IMG/VR virus record: IMGVR_UViG_3300033145_001320
Coordinates: 1-64,000 of that record
Reading direction: 5' to 3' (one strand)
Length of the DNA stretch: 64,000 nucleotides
Source of the DNA: a virus
Positions 38,472 through 48,689 of this stretch are shown here, one piece after another (the stretch's first letter is position 1; the number at the start of each line of letters is the position of its first letter). Both the position numbers and the translations under genes were made by a program. The notes below the pieces were generated by a model. The model was not told the DNA's origin. It worked only from the letters and a program-made list of their open reading frames with translations, and made no database searches.

Positions 38472-40294
38472 AGAGTTACCTCACTAACTACACGTTCCTT
38501 TAAACAATTTTGCATTTCATCACAATTATATAGTTTTATTTTTCCATTAGATTCTAAATTTTTATCATATAAATCAAATTCAAATTCATATTTAGATGTT
38601 TCTTCTTTAGGGGAAAAGATGCAAAAACACATTACAAAGTCATCAGTTAAAGATGGAAAAACTGTTGCTGGAAACATAACTCCTTTTTCCATCTTATAAT
38701 AGTTAAACCATAAATTTCTAAAATCTCTATTATTAAATCCTGTAAAGAAAGTACCTAATAGAAATGTTGAAACATATTGATTATCATTTTTATAGTATCT
38801 TCTATTAAATAAAATTCTATATAGAAAATTGATGTATAGTTCTGAGTTAACACGGGCCAATTCTGGATCCTCTTTCATATAAAGTTTGGTAATATCATTT
38901 TCATCAGGAAAAAGACGTTCTTTTTCATTATATCCGCCTGGCGTACTCATTGGAGGATTTTGTAATATGTGAATATTTTTATTTTGTAACATTGCCAATA
39001 TTAAGTCAACCGGAATTTTTGAATTTTCATGAAAAATCAAGGAAGATGAGTTCTGCATATTTTTAAAAACTTTTTTGATTTCACTTTTATCAACTGTTAT
39101 TTTGCCTTTTTTATTTATTTTTTTAACAACTGATAAATCATCATTTAAGAAATCTAATTGAAATTTAATAGCATTAATATTATTTTCTTTTGAAATTGTA
39201 AAATCGTCCTTAAATAAATTTGAACAATATAATCTCTCAATTGCATATCCGTATTTATGGTTAGTTAGATTTTGTGTTGCACAACATGTATCCCACCACC
39301 ACAATTCATTGAATGGATTAATGTCAATTCCTTCAAAATAAGGAAGAATATATTTCTCATATAGAAATTCCGCCAAAGGTATAGGTGTGTAATATTCGCC
39401 TGTTGCTCTTCTATATTTATCTTCGCTAAGATCATCAAATTCACTTGAAATATTATCTAACGTTTCTTTATTTGAAATTGGAAAATCATATTTTGATATA
39501 AACATTGATAATGCTAAAGGAATTATTTCTAGATCATAAATGATATTATCAACTGTAGTTATCATTATTTTTTCATCTACATGATACTTGCCTAAAATAA
39601 TAGCATGATAAAAAATTACTTTTAATTGATTAAAGTTATATTTTTCTTGATCTGATAGAACTGTATTTTTAAATTCTCTATATATAAGACTCAGATTTTT
39701 CATACTCACAACCTTTTTATTAATCTTTAGTTTTCCACTTTTAAAACAATATTCAATATAATTATAAATATCATCGACACTAGTTTCTTTATTTTCAAAA
39801 TATGTGATTTTATTAAAGTCCAGTATCTCTTTTTTTATATCATATCTTAACCATTTATAATTATTCTCTGTATCATCATATAATTTTCTGGCTGAACTTG
39901 TTGGGATTCTTTCATCGTGAAAATATTTTTCTATATTTTTTGTTTCTAAAATAAAACAAAAATCTTTTAAAACCCCAACTAACAATGATGGATTCTCTTG
40001 TGGAAGATTATTTATAGCTTTTGCATACACAATTAACTGTGATATAACTCGACTACACTCATCTTCAGACAAATTGATGTTTTTCCCCTCAACTAAAAAT
40101 GAGAAATCAAGAACATAGTGATATCCATCACTATTCACTAAAGATATATTTGTAGTTCCTCGCTTTTTTAATCCACTATTAATAATTTCTAATATATCAG
40201 TCTCAACTAAGTTTGTAGGTATTTTTAATTCTTCTTTTTCTTTTATTAAATATGTAATTGTTTCTTTTTGCATGATAAACTCCATTTTATACAC
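38468..40294 (-). CDS. N6-adenine DNA methyltransferase-like protein with degenerate motifs
   Basis: TGEYYTP (motif X), WDTCCATQNL (degenerate motif I), FQLDFLND and QNPPM (motif IV, NPPY variant). The region looks more AT-rich than its flanks. Confidence 0.65.
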   Translation of the reverse strand: MYKMEFIMQKETITYLIKEKEELKIPTNLVETDILEIINSGLKKRGTTNISLVNSDGYHYVLDFSFLVEGKNINLSEDECSRVISQLIVYAKAINNLPQENPSLLVGVLKDFCFILETKNIEKYFHDERIPTSSARKLYDDTENNYKWLRYDIKKEILDFNKITYFENKETSVDDIYNYIEYCFKSGKLKINKKVVSMKNLSLIYREFKNTVLSDQEKYNFNQLKVIFYHAIILGKYHVDEKIMITTVDNIIYDLEIIPLALSMFISKYDFPISNKETLDNISSEFDDLSEDKYRRATGEYYTPIPLAEFLYEKYILPYFEGIDINPFNELWWWDTCCATQNLTNHKYGYAIERLYCSNLFKDDFTISKENNINAIKFQLDFLNDDLSVVKKINKKGKITVDKSEIKKVFKNMQNSSSLIFHENSKIPVDLILAMLQNKNIHILQNPPMSTPGGYNEKERLFPDENDITKLYMKEDPELARVNSELYINFLYRILFNRRYYKNDNQYVSTFLLGTFFTGFNNRDFRNLWFNYYKMEKGVMFPATVFPSLTDDFVMCFCIFSPKEETSKYEFEFDLYDKNLESNGKIKLYNCDEMQNCLKERVVSEVTL

Positions 40295-42079
40295 TCATGA
40301 TATCAGTTTCCTTTTTTCTTCTGCACTTGAAAACAATATTGATAACTTGTCGATATCTTTACTATATTCAATCGGTATTAGATTTCTTGTTGCTTCATCA
40401 AGTAAACATATTCTTAATTGTGCAGGATTCATTTCCCCAAGTCCTTTGTACCTTTGAATCTTTCGACCCTTTGCTCTAGCTTTTTCCAATTCTTTTTCTG
40501 ACCATAAAGGGATAAATGTTTTTCCTTCATGAATTGCAAACAAAGGAGTTTGAGCGATAAAATAGTTTCCTGCTTGAACAATTTCTGGAACTAAGATTCC
40601 CATAACCATTGATACAAGACATGCAATATGATTTCCATCATGATCAGCATCAGTCGAACATACGATTTTGTCATACCTTAATTTACTAATATCAAAGTCT
40701 GGACCAACTCCAGTTCCCAACGCTTTAATTAATTCTCCTACTTCTTTATTTTCGAGAATGTTTTTCTTTGTTGTGACATTCGGAATTGATTTTCCTCTTA
40801 GTGGAAGGATTGCATGAATGGTTGGATTCCTTGATTGTATAATTGAACCACCTGCTGAATCTCCCTCAACTATAAATAATTCACCATTTCGACTTGTACA
40901 GTCTCTTAGTTTTGTGAATTGTGTAGATGCTCTTCTTCCTCCTGATCCGTTTGTTTTCAACTTCTTTGCATCTAAACGTTTTCTATATTCAGAAAATCGT
41001 TCAAGCCATTCAATCATTAATGGTTCTTGAACCTGTGCAAATTCTTCCAGTTGTGATCTGAAATCTTTTGCGAATTTATCAAAATCTGTTTTTCGATTTG
41101 TTAGTTTATCTTTTGTCTGCCCTGAAAACTTTGGTTCAATTAAATTCAACATCAGATATGCTCGTAAACCATACAAACAATCATTTGGTTGAAATGATAA
41201 ACCATGTTTCTTTGCTTTTGATGTGAAGAACTCTTTCAAAATATCTTGAAATAATAAAACATGTGTACCGCCTGCATTAACAGGTAGTAGATTCACAGAT
41301 GAAATCATTTTTGGAGATACTGATCCATCTGTTTCATAAGCAAATAATACATGAAATTTTTCAGGTGCTTTGTCTGAATTTAAAAATGTTGCTATAGTTT
41401 TGCCTTTACCTGTCAAGCAATTACGAGCAAAATGTTCTTCAATGCTTAATTGAAATACTTCCTTTTCGCCATCGACAATCAACACGAAGCTAATATCATT
41501 TGACATTTCTGCTGATGCTGTTGTTAAGCGTCTTCTAATTCTATCAAGATCAGGTGTTAGTGTTTCGAAGAATTTAGCATCAGGAGTAAACTCAATTTTT
41601 GTTGAGAATGGTCTTTCGTCTTTATAAGGTTCAATTTTCGAACGTTTTAATTTAGCATTGTTAAACTCGAATATACCATATTGCTTATCTCGATATACTT
41701 CAACTGTATAATCTGTGCTTAGAGCATTAACAACAATCAATCCAACACCGTGTAATCCTGAACTTATTTCATATGCTGTTTTTCTATCTTGAAACTTTCC
41801 CCCTGAGAATAGTTTTGATGAAATTATGATCGGAGTGTTATCATCAAGTGGGATTCCTCTCCCATCATCAAGTACTGAAAATTTATTTAATTTTGTGTCT
41901 ATTATAACAGCAATAATTTTTGCATGACCGGATAAAGCCTCATCAAGAGAATTATCTAAAATTTCTTCAAGCAGATGTGTTGGAGTCTCACTAGATCCAA
42001 TGTACATACCAGAATTTAACTGTATATGTTCTATTTCTTCAAGAACTTGAATATCTTTTGCCGTGTATCTTTTTGCCAT
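40295..42079 (-). CDS. Type IIA topoisomerase subunit B (GyrB/ParE-like)
   Basis: EILDNSLDE, DDGRGIP, GGKF, GLHGVG, VEGDSAGG, PLRGK, DADHDG and RYKGLGEM. Confidence 0.95.
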   Translation of the reverse strand: MAKRYTAKDIQVLEEIEHIQLNSGMYIGSSETPTHLLEEILDNSLDEALSGHAKIIAVIIDTKLNKFSVLDDGRGIPLDDNTPIIISSKLFSGGKFQDRKTAYEISSGLHGVGLIVVNALSTDYTVEVYRDKQYGIFEFNNAKLKRSKIEPYKDERPFSTKIEFTPDAKFFETLTPDLDRIRRRLTTASAEMSNDISFVLIVDGEKEVFQLSIEEHFARNCLTGKGKTIATFLNSDKAPEKFHVLFAYETDGSVSPKMISSVNLLPVNAGGTHVLLFQDILKEFFTSKAKKHGLSFQPNDCLYGLRAYLMLNLIEPKFSGQTKDKLTNRKTDFDKFAKDFRSQLEEFAQVQEPLMIEWLERFSEYRKRLDAKKLKTNGSGGRRASTQFTKLRDCTSRNGELFIVEGDSAGGSIIQSRNPTIHAILPLRGKSIPNVTTKKNILENKEVGELIKALGTGVGPDFDISKLRYDKIVCSTDADHDGNHIACLVSMVMGILVPEIVQAGNYFIAQTPLFAIHEGKTFIPLWSEKELEKARAKGRKIQRYKGLGEMNPAQLRICLLDEATRNLIPIEYSKDIDKLSILFSSAEEKRKLIS

Positions 42080-42153
42080 TCAGAGTCCTCCTTTAATACT
42101 CTAATACAAGTCCATCCATTTTTATGGCTACTTATTTTATTATTAGCAACTAA

Positions 42154-42816
42154 TTACATACACCCATAATTTAATTTATTCTCGTTACAAAACATTTTTA
42201 AATTATAAACTTCATATATAAGTTCATTTGGAGAAGTACATACATACTTAAATTTAGTTCTTCCAGTTAAAGAATCACTGAGTTTTTCTCTAGCTCCCGG
42301 TTTATGCATAGATGGTTTTTGTTTCATAAACATAGAATGATCTGGTCTTTTTCTTCCCTTTAAAGTATTTGCATGCTTTATACATTCATCGGGGTTATTC
42401 ATCCTACCACGTCCTTTATTTATCATATCCTGAGCATTATCTTTAGAAGTTCCAACAAACAAATGATCTGGGTTTACACAATAAGTTATATCACACTTAT
42501 GACAAATATACATATCATTAGGAATAGATCCCACATATAATTCATAAAAAATTCTATGAGCTTGATTATCATTATAACAACCATAATTATTATTTTTCTT
42601 TCCTTGTATCCATTCCCAGCAATTAGTTTTATCATTTATAATATATCTATCTGCTAATTCTATCTTTAAATATTCTTTTAACAGACTTGAATGCTCATTC
42701 CAATAAATCTCTTTATTTGGATGATCTAGCATACGAGTTAAATGTTGGTTTAAATATCTAAGAGACCTGAATGTTTTTCCGCAAATTTTACAGTTAAAAA
42801 TGTTTTCCTCTGTCAT
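42154..42816 (-). CDS. HNH homing endonuclease with N-terminal C2H2 finger; C-terminus apparently cut by a premature TAA
   Basis: CKICGK...H...H, CWEW, AHRIFY and CHKCD...CVNPDHL..GT.KDN. The frame continues past the stop as LVANNKISSHKNGWTC. Confidence 0.85.
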   Translation of the reverse strand: MTEENIFNCKICGKTFRSLRYLNQHLTRMLDHPNKEIYWNEHSSLLKEYLKIELADRYIINDKTNCWEWIQGKKNNNYGCYNDNQAHRIFYELYVGSIPNDMYICHKCDITYCVNPDHLFVGTSKDNAQDMINKGRGRMNNPDECIKHANTLKGRKRPDHSMFMKQKPSMHKPGAREKLSDSLTGRTKFKYVCTSPNELIYEVYNLKMFCNENKLNYGCM

Positions 42817-42846
42817 TTCCCATCGTTTGCCTCCTTTAAAATTATA

Positions 42847-42883
42847 GTAACCAGACTTAAAACTAATTTTTAAGTCTGGTTAC
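42847..42883. terminator. 16-bp inverted repeat (terminator-like hairpin)
   Basis: GTAACCAGACTTAAAA-CTAAT-TTTTAAGTCTGGTTAC. Confidence 0.6.
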
Positions 42884-42891
42884 CATTTTGA

Positions 42892-43062
42892 TCAGTCCTG
42901 TGTGTTTTGATCATATGGAAATACTGGGTACCATTTAACACACATAAAATAAACATATAATATATCAACGGCTAATAGAACCGTATTTCCTGTAATACCT
43001 GCAACCATAGCTAATCTCCATGCAGCCATCCATAGTAACATAACCCAAATTATATGTAACAT
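42892..43062 (-). CDS. Small membrane protein (56 aa), not in the ORF track
   Basis: MLHIIWVMLLWMAAWRLAMVAGITGNTVLLAVDILYVYFMCVKWYP...; two hydrophobic segments. Confidence 0.5.
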   Translation of the reverse strand: MLHIIWVMLLWMAAWRLAMVAGITGNTVLLAVDILYVYFMCVKWYPVFPYDQNTQD

Positions 43063-43065
43063 AGT

Positions 43066-44499
43066 CTATATCCTTACCACATATCCAGTCTTGTTCACAG
43101 CATCAGCAGTACCATTAGGAGTTATAACCCAAATTAATTTATTCGGGAGAAGCTTCCGTGGTATTTCATTAATGTTTTCAGTGTAACCATCTGTAAAAGC
43201 AAGGCACACATCACAACATAATTCTTTTGCTCTTTTAAGACCAGGATATAATGTTGTTCCACCTCGACCTTTAATGTCGAATTGGATGTCTCGAAGTTTC
43301 TTTACAGCATATTCTTTCTCAACTACGGCATCAACTTCAAGAACTGTTGTATAACAATGTCTATCTTTTTCGATTATATTCTTAACGCCTGACAATCCTT
43401 CTAAAATATCATCAGACGACATACTACCAGACGTATCAATCAAAACACAAATATCAAATGTCATGTCTCGAGTCTTACCCGGAAATGGAGATATTTGAGG
43501 AACATTCTTGTTGTCCTTCAATAGAAAAGTATATGTTCTCTTTCGATTTATTTTTGTAGGGGAACGTCTGAATTTACTGAATCGTGTACCCCTTACAAGT
43601 TTTCTGATTATCTGATAGTAAGGTGCCTTTGGTGGTGCTAAAGCACTTTGTATTAATTGTGAAATGTGTGATGGAATCGACCCTCGATCTTTATTAAAAC
43701 TTTTCACAGATTCTTTAACAATGTTCGAAATGTGTTGATCAATTTTTCTGGATAATGCACTTAAATCGGGAACACCTTTTGTTCCATTAATCCAATCCCT
43801 ATGAGTATCAAGTCCACCATGTGCAGGACACCCTTCGGCACCAAAACCAGGGCATGAGTTATCTTCTGATTGATCAGATTTTCCTTCGCCCTGACCTTTA
43901 CCCTGACCTTCTTCTTTTCCTTCGCCTTTTCCATCACCATCACATTTATCACCATCCTGATTGTTATTTTTTGGACAGCTTTTACACATTTGTTGTATTA
44001 ACTGTTGTATAGTTTCATCATGATTTTGAAGTAAGTGTAGATAATATTCTTCTGTTACCTTTCCTTCCTCCATATCATATGTTGCAGGCAATTGGGGTGG
44101 CCACGCTTTCCCTGCAACAATTATAGGTTCTCTTATATTGGCTTGAACATTAACTGAACAATCAGCAGCAATATTCCAAGCCTGGATTTTTAAAGCTTTT
44201 CTATCGTTGATAGTCTCATTTGCTAATATTCTTAACAAACGTGTGATATGCTTATTTAATAAATGCATACCCTCATGTTCAATGATTTTATATATTTCTT
44301 TATCATCTGTTGCCATAAAGAGATCAGGTTCATATAATAATGTTATTGTTCCGTCAGGTTGAGGAGCAACACCCATAATAGAACCAAAGTTCTTTGCAGG
44401 TTTTCTTCTGACTCTTGAAAACAGATATCCCCAGTAATTATACTTCAATACGAATCTTGCAATTAATTGTTTTAATCTATCTCCGGCATTCTGTTCCAT
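43066..44499 (-). CDS. DUF2201-type metallopeptidase-like + vWA protein (MoxR partner)
   Basis: HEGMH (HExxH), WNIAADC..N, G/E/K-rich linker, DTSGSM, GRGGT and FTDGY. Confidence 0.88.
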   Translation of the reverse strand: MEQNAGDRLKQLIARFVLKYNYWGYLFSRVRRKPAKNFGSIMGVAPQPDGTITLLYEPDLFMATDDKEIYKIIEHEGMHLLNKHITRLLRILANETINDRKALKIQAWNIAADCSVNVQANIREPIIVAGKAWPPQLPATYDMEEGKVTEEYYLHLLQNHDETIQQLIQQMCKSCPKNNNQDGDKCDGDGKGEGKEEGQGKGQGEGKSDQSEDNSCPGFGAEGCPAHGGLDTHRDWINGTKGVPDLSALSRKIDQHISNIVKESVKSFNKDRGSIPSHISQLIQSALAPPKAPYYQIIRKLVRGTRFSKFRRSPTKINRKRTYTFLLKDNKNVPQISPFPGKTRDMTFDICVLIDTSGSMSSDDILEGLSGVKNIIEKDRHCYTTVLEVDAVVEKEYAVKKLRDIQFDIKGRGGTTLYPGLKRAKELCCDVCLAFTDGYTENINEIPRKLLPNKLIWVITPNGTADAVNKTGYVVRI

Positions 44500-44508
44500 A
44501 GCAACTCC

Positions 44509-45774
44509 TTATAAAGAACCTTCGCCAGCCTGCACAACTGGATCATAGAAATTTTTCTTATATGACTTTGAACTCTTCAACAATACCATGTGAATTTTTG
44601 TCATATACATAAATGCTGGCGATGACCTATCAAAAGAATCAATCTGCGAAATAAATAACGCCGCAGTATCAATTGGCATAATCAATAGAAAATCAAGCAC
44701 GTTTTTCAATTTCTTATCATCATATTTAGGCATTGTTGTTGTCATATATGTGCAAAACCCAACCATCAATTCACTCAATTTTGAGTTATCATTGTCTTTC
44801 AACAATTTATTAATTTCAGGTTTAACAGCGCGGAAATTATGAAATACATCTTTTGGGTTAATGTCTTTCTTATCCCTTGCAAATTCAATGAATAATCGAG
44901 TCATGTGGGTATTTAAAAGACCTGATGCCTTGACTTCGATTTCAGCAAAGTCAATTGTTTTTCTTCGCATTTCCATTTTCCACAGAATATCTGAAAGTTT
45001 TTCATAACTTGCAGGGTTGGCATAAACTGATCCCAACTTTTGAGATTGAAAATCATATAGATATTCAGGATGAGTTTGAATAAACTCAACAATGTATGGA
45101 TGAAAATCATGTTCAATTGCATAGTTCAAAAAGTCTACTGCACTAACTTCTGTATAAACATGAAGCTGCCGTCTAAGTCCTGCGGCATCCTCAAGGTTAT
45201 CCATAGAATACTCAGAATCATCAGGGTTGTCAATTGATATAACAAACCATCCTTTTGGAAAGGGATACCGATGAACTGAGTATTCATCTTGGATTTGCCA
45301 CAATAACTGTTGTAATTGATGGTCTCCACGTGAAAATTCATCAATAACAAATATTCCATATGTATCTTCATATTTCGGAACGAAGTCCGAATATAACATT
45401 TTGAATGAAAATTGTTCATCCCCTTCAACTTCAACTGGGAATGGAATAATAAAATCGTCCCTTGAAAGAACAGGGGACTTAACCATAATACAACCGAAAT
45501 CTTTTATATTGTCCGGATTCTTTTTGTTATGGCTACCAAACATTTCTTCCTGTAATTCATTTGCGATTTGGTAGCAGATTTGAGTTTTACCAACTCCCGC
45601 TGGTCCGATGATGTGGTAACATTGTCTGACAACATCTCGCCCCAAATTCCATGTGGCGACTGTGTCCATGATATCATTTTTGATTAAGCTTTTAATTTTA
45701 TCAATTGATAAAACAGAGATATTTAAACGTTCGTGATATTTTAATTCAGCATCTTTTGTATTTTCATCAGCCAT
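44509..45774 (-). CDS. MoxR-like AAA+ ATPase
   Basis: GPAGVGKT, IDEFSR, NP..SEYS...EDAA..RR; adjacent vWA partner. Confidence 0.87.
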   Translation of the reverse strand: MADENTKDAELKYHERLNISVLSIDKIKSLIKNDIMDTVATWNLGRDVVRQCYHIIGPAGVGKTQICYQIANELQEEMFGSHNKKNPDNIKDFGCIMVKSPVLSRDDFIIPFPVEVEGDEQFSFKMLYSDFVPKYEDTYGIFVIDEFSRGDHQLQQLLWQIQDEYSVHRYPFPKGWFVISIDNPDDSEYSMDNLEDAAGLRRQLHVYTEVSAVDFLNYAIEHDFHPYIVEFIQTHPEYLYDFQSQKLGSVYANPASYEKLSDILWKMEMRRKTIDFAEIEVKASGLLNTHMTRLFIEFARDKKDINPKDVFHNFRAVKPEINKLLKDNDNSKLSELMVGFCTYMTTTMPKYDDKKLKNVLDFLLIMPIDTAALFISQIDSFDRSSPAFMYMTKIHMVLLKSSKSYKKNFYDPVVQAGEGSL

Positions 45775-45810
45775 TATTTGTAACTCCTTATCGGAATAAA
45801 TTATTTATGG

Positions 45811-46785
45811 TTAAAATTCGATATCATCAAAGCTGAATGTTTTCTTTTCTTCAGCTGCTGGTGTTGCTGCTTGGGTTTCTGTTTGACCTGCATCTCCTGA
45901 TGAAACTTGTGGTTCAGCTTCAGATGAAACAGGTTCTCCAATTTCCATAATCCCTTCTGGTCTGCTTCCATAACCGGTAGACGCTGCTTGCTTACTGTTT
46001 GCCCAGTTGAACTTACTTACGAATTGCTCGAGAGTATCCTTAGACAGCTTCAATATTTTCATGACAGCTTCTTTTGGAATTTCTGTTCCCTTGGTCAATT
46101 CGAATACATTAACATCATTTCCAAATGATGATCGTGCTGTTGATTTTGTCAACCTGGTAACAAAGCGTTTGTTGTTTACAATAGATTTTTCAAATTGTTT
46201 ACTTTGATCAGTAACCGGTTCAAATATTGGATCTAAATCCTCATTGTAACGATCATTCAGATATTCAGAAACATTTGAATACTTCATTCCTTTACCACGG
46301 ATAAATACAAAGATTGGTTTCTTTGCATCTGTTAATATAGGACTTCCATATGCATCACAGTAAATGCCTGCAACTAAAATTTGAGCACGACATTCACTAC
46401 AGAAATCATTTGCTGCTCTTTCTGCTGATGTTAATGGGCAAGCACGATTACTTCCATCTGGTAAAGTTGATGTTCCGTACCACGGTGCAGAACCATCTTT
46501 ATAAGAAAAACATTTAATGTTATCACGACCTTGTTCATTTTTGATTTTTGCTAAAATGTCCTTGGTATGGGTAATCACTAAATTCACTTCATCCAAATTG
46601 TATTCAACACCACGAACCTGAAACTTGTCTTCAGCTTCTTCGATATTGATATGGTTCTTTCGAGTCTTTCCAGAAATATAAACACTATGGAAAAACTCAT
46701 CTTCCGGAGCAGTAGCTTCTCCGCCTCCACCTTGAAACCCTGTTCCTGATAAATCTTGATAATCTTCAAAAGACTGTTGCGACAT
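45811..46785 (-). CDS. Putative single-stranded DNA-binding / recombination protein
   Basis: Beta-rich core with Cys cluster, flexible linker and acidic-aromatic tail FSFDDIEF. Confidence 0.5.
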   Translation of the reverse strand: MSQQSFEDYQDLSGTGFQGGGGEATAPEDEFFHSVYISGKTRKNHINIEEAEDKFQVRGVEYNLDEVNLVITHTKDILAKIKNEQGRDNIKCFSYKDGSAPWYGTSTLPDGSNRACPLTSAERAANDFCSECRAQILVAGIYCDAYGSPILTDAKKPIFVFIRGKGMKYSNVSEYLNDRYNEDLDPIFEPVTDQSKQFEKSIVNNKRFVTRLTKSTARSSFGNDVNVFELTKGTEIPKEAVMKILKLSKDTLEQFVSKFNWANSKQAASTGYGSRPEGIMEIGEPVSSEAEPQVSSGDAGQTETQAATPAAEEKKTFSFDDIEF

Positions 46786-46813
46786 AAATTGTCCCTCCTT
46801 CTTATTTTTCTGG

Positions 46814-47395
46814 TTACTTATTTGAGATTAAGCACCAGTTTTGACCATTTCGATCTTCGGGTATTGTTATAAGCGAAAACTCATTGCTAAACCAACACCT
46901 CAAATTCTTATCTAATAAATCTGACGAAATAAATTCGTGCACCTTGTCATAAGGCGGTAAACTTGTTAACTCTGGATCTTCAATTGTTATCGGATTGATC
47001 TTTCTTGTTTTTGAATCAGTAATCTCTCCGGTAATCAATTTTGGATGTGGACAATATACGATAACCAATCTCTTGCCAACCATTCTGTATATCTCATTTC
47101 GGTATAGATAAACATTGGTATCTAAATCATATGCCACATTGTTTGCATTAAGGACTCGATCAATTGATGTATGCTGTCTGCATAAGACTCCATCAGATTT
47201 CTTTTCTTCACAAATCTTGCAGTCTGAATGATCTACTGTATATTTAACTCGAAGTTCAAATGATTCATCTGCAGCTTTCGAGAAGTATGACAGAATCCTT
47301 CTTTTGTTCAATAGGAATTTTACTATTGTAATTGGGTAAACTGATGCCCCCAATTTCTCAATAAATTTTTCCACCGAAACTTGTTTCATTAACAT
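46814..47395 (-). CDS. Hypothetical protein with CxxC...CxxH zinc motif
   Basis: CKIC...CRQH. Confidence 0.6.
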   Translation of the reverse strand: MLMKQVSVEKFIEKLGASVYPITIVKFLLNKRRILSYFSKAADESFELRVKYTVDHSDCKICEEKKSDGVLCRQHTSIDRVLNANNVAYDLDTNVYLYRNEIYRMVGKRLVIVYCPHPKLITGEITDSKTRKINPITIEDPELTSLPPYDKVHEFISSDLLDKNLRCWFSNEFSLITIPEDRNGQNWCLISNK

Positions 47396-47444
47396 AACTC
47401 CTTCACATTTGGTTTTAGAACAAAAAACCTTTTAATTTTATAGG

Positions 47445-47514
47445 CACATGTGGCTGTCGACTAATAATATTATTCAATAATTCGAATAACAGTATTGCCA
47501 ACAGCCACTATGTG
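47445..47514 (-). other. Long intergenic RNA hairpin
   Basis: CACATAGTGGCTGTTGGC...GTCGACAGCCACATGTG. G-U pairs form only on the minus strand. Confidence 0.6.
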
Positions 47515-47525
47515 ACAGGACGGTA

Positions 47526-47696
47526 CTATTCATTCATATCATATTCTCCATACTTATACCTTAAAGCTTTTGGAACACTTATACCACAAATAACTGCAAT
47601 CTTAATTAATACAGCTGGAGTAGTATGTCGTAAAAAATCTTCGATCCTACGCCTCAGCTTTCTGGTTTGTTTTTCAAGAAGATCAGATTCAGTCAC
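47526..47696 (-). CDS. Small basic protein (56 aa, GTG start), not in the ORF track
   Basis: AAGGAG RBS; MTESDLLEKQTRKLRRRIEDFLRHTTP...YDMNE*. Confidence 0.55.
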   Translation of the reverse strand: MTESDLLEKQTRKLRRRIEDFLRHTTPAVLIKIAVICGISVPKALRYKYGEYDMNE

Positions 47697-47706
47697 ATTA
47701 TACTCC

Positions 47707-48675
47707 TTATAATACTAATGATAAATAAACTGGAGTATTGTTTTGCTGAATCAAATCTCCGCCACCGCCAGATGTTGTTTCTAACATAGTTGTCCTGAGT
47801 GAGTCATCAGTACTCATTATTCCTTGAGCTTTAATATCAATTGACTCCAATATTGGAAGAATCTCTGATCTTAAATGCTGACCAAAATCTTCTAACGTTT
47901 TCTTGACAACCTCTGCTGACGCACCTTTAGGAATCTCAGGTAATATCAATGCAGTTTCCTGAAGTTTTCCAAGCATTTTTAATCGGAGCATTTCAGCTCC
48001 ATAACAACCACGAAGCAGAAGCTTCCAATAAGCTTCCCAATGTTCACTTGAGGGCATTATTTCAATACCGACAGGAACTCCAGAAAACATAATGATGGCA
48101 CCTATTTGCCCGTCAACAGGTTCAAATTCTGCTGCAAACTGTTCAAGAGCATCTTTGATTTCTGGTGTATCATAGAAATACCTAAGATGAGCAGCGTTTC
48201 TTTTTACTGAAAGAGGCAATCCACTCAACCATGTTTTGATTGATCCCCAAAGTTTGCTGTAACTATTCGCTTGTCGTAACGATGGATTTACTAATGCTTT
48301 TCGCAGGGCAATTGGTAGAATATCTTCTTCGTTTTTATCACCACGAAGATATCCTCCTTGCTCTTGTTCAATACAACATGCAGTATCAAAACTACCACTT
48401 GCATTTGCCTGAATAACTCCAGAACCTGCCATTGCATGATCCTGACCTGCTTTTCCTCGTACCATCATATTGGATGGAACAATTGCTGGCATTCCTATAT
48501 CATCATTATCAAATACCATTGTTCCATAATCCGAGGTAGTTCTGAACTTCAAATGTTCAGGTCCTGCTATTTCCCCTCTGCTATCTCCAAGTATCGGAAC
48601 GACGGTCATCTCATTGACTGATTGTACGTTGCCAATTTCTATGCCAGTGAACTTCAACTTATTAAAAATGTTCAT
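47707..48675 (-). CDS. ARPP-family (DUF6569-like) protein
   Basis: Q...M.VVPI, GQDHAM, CCIEQ.QGG and F.AEFEPV.GQIGAII...G..VGIE..PS pattern; adjacent to the vWA gene. Confidence 0.55.
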   Translation of the reverse strand: MNIFNKLKFTGIEIGNVQSVNEMTVVPILGDSRGEIAGPEHLKFRTTSDYGTMVFDNDDIGMPAIVPSNMMVRGKAGQDHAMAGSGVIQANASGSFDTACCIEQEQGGYLRGDKNEEDILPIALRKALVNPSLRQANSYSKLWGSIKTWLSGLPLSVKRNAAHLRYFYDTPEIKDALEQFAAEFEPVDGQIGAIIMFSGVPVGIEIMPSSEHWEAYWKLLLRGCYGAEMLRLKMLGKLQETALILPEIPKGASAEVVKKTLEDFGQHLRSEILPILESIDIKAQGIMSTDDSLRTTMLETTSGGGGDLIQQNNTPVYLSLVL

Positions 48676-48689
48676 AATTTAATGACCTC

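Noticed and set aside
33406-42079. True DNA gyrase (gyrA/gyrB)
   Set aside because: The A subunit has no C-terminal pinwheel or GyrA box, so only a generic type IIA topoisomerase is supported.
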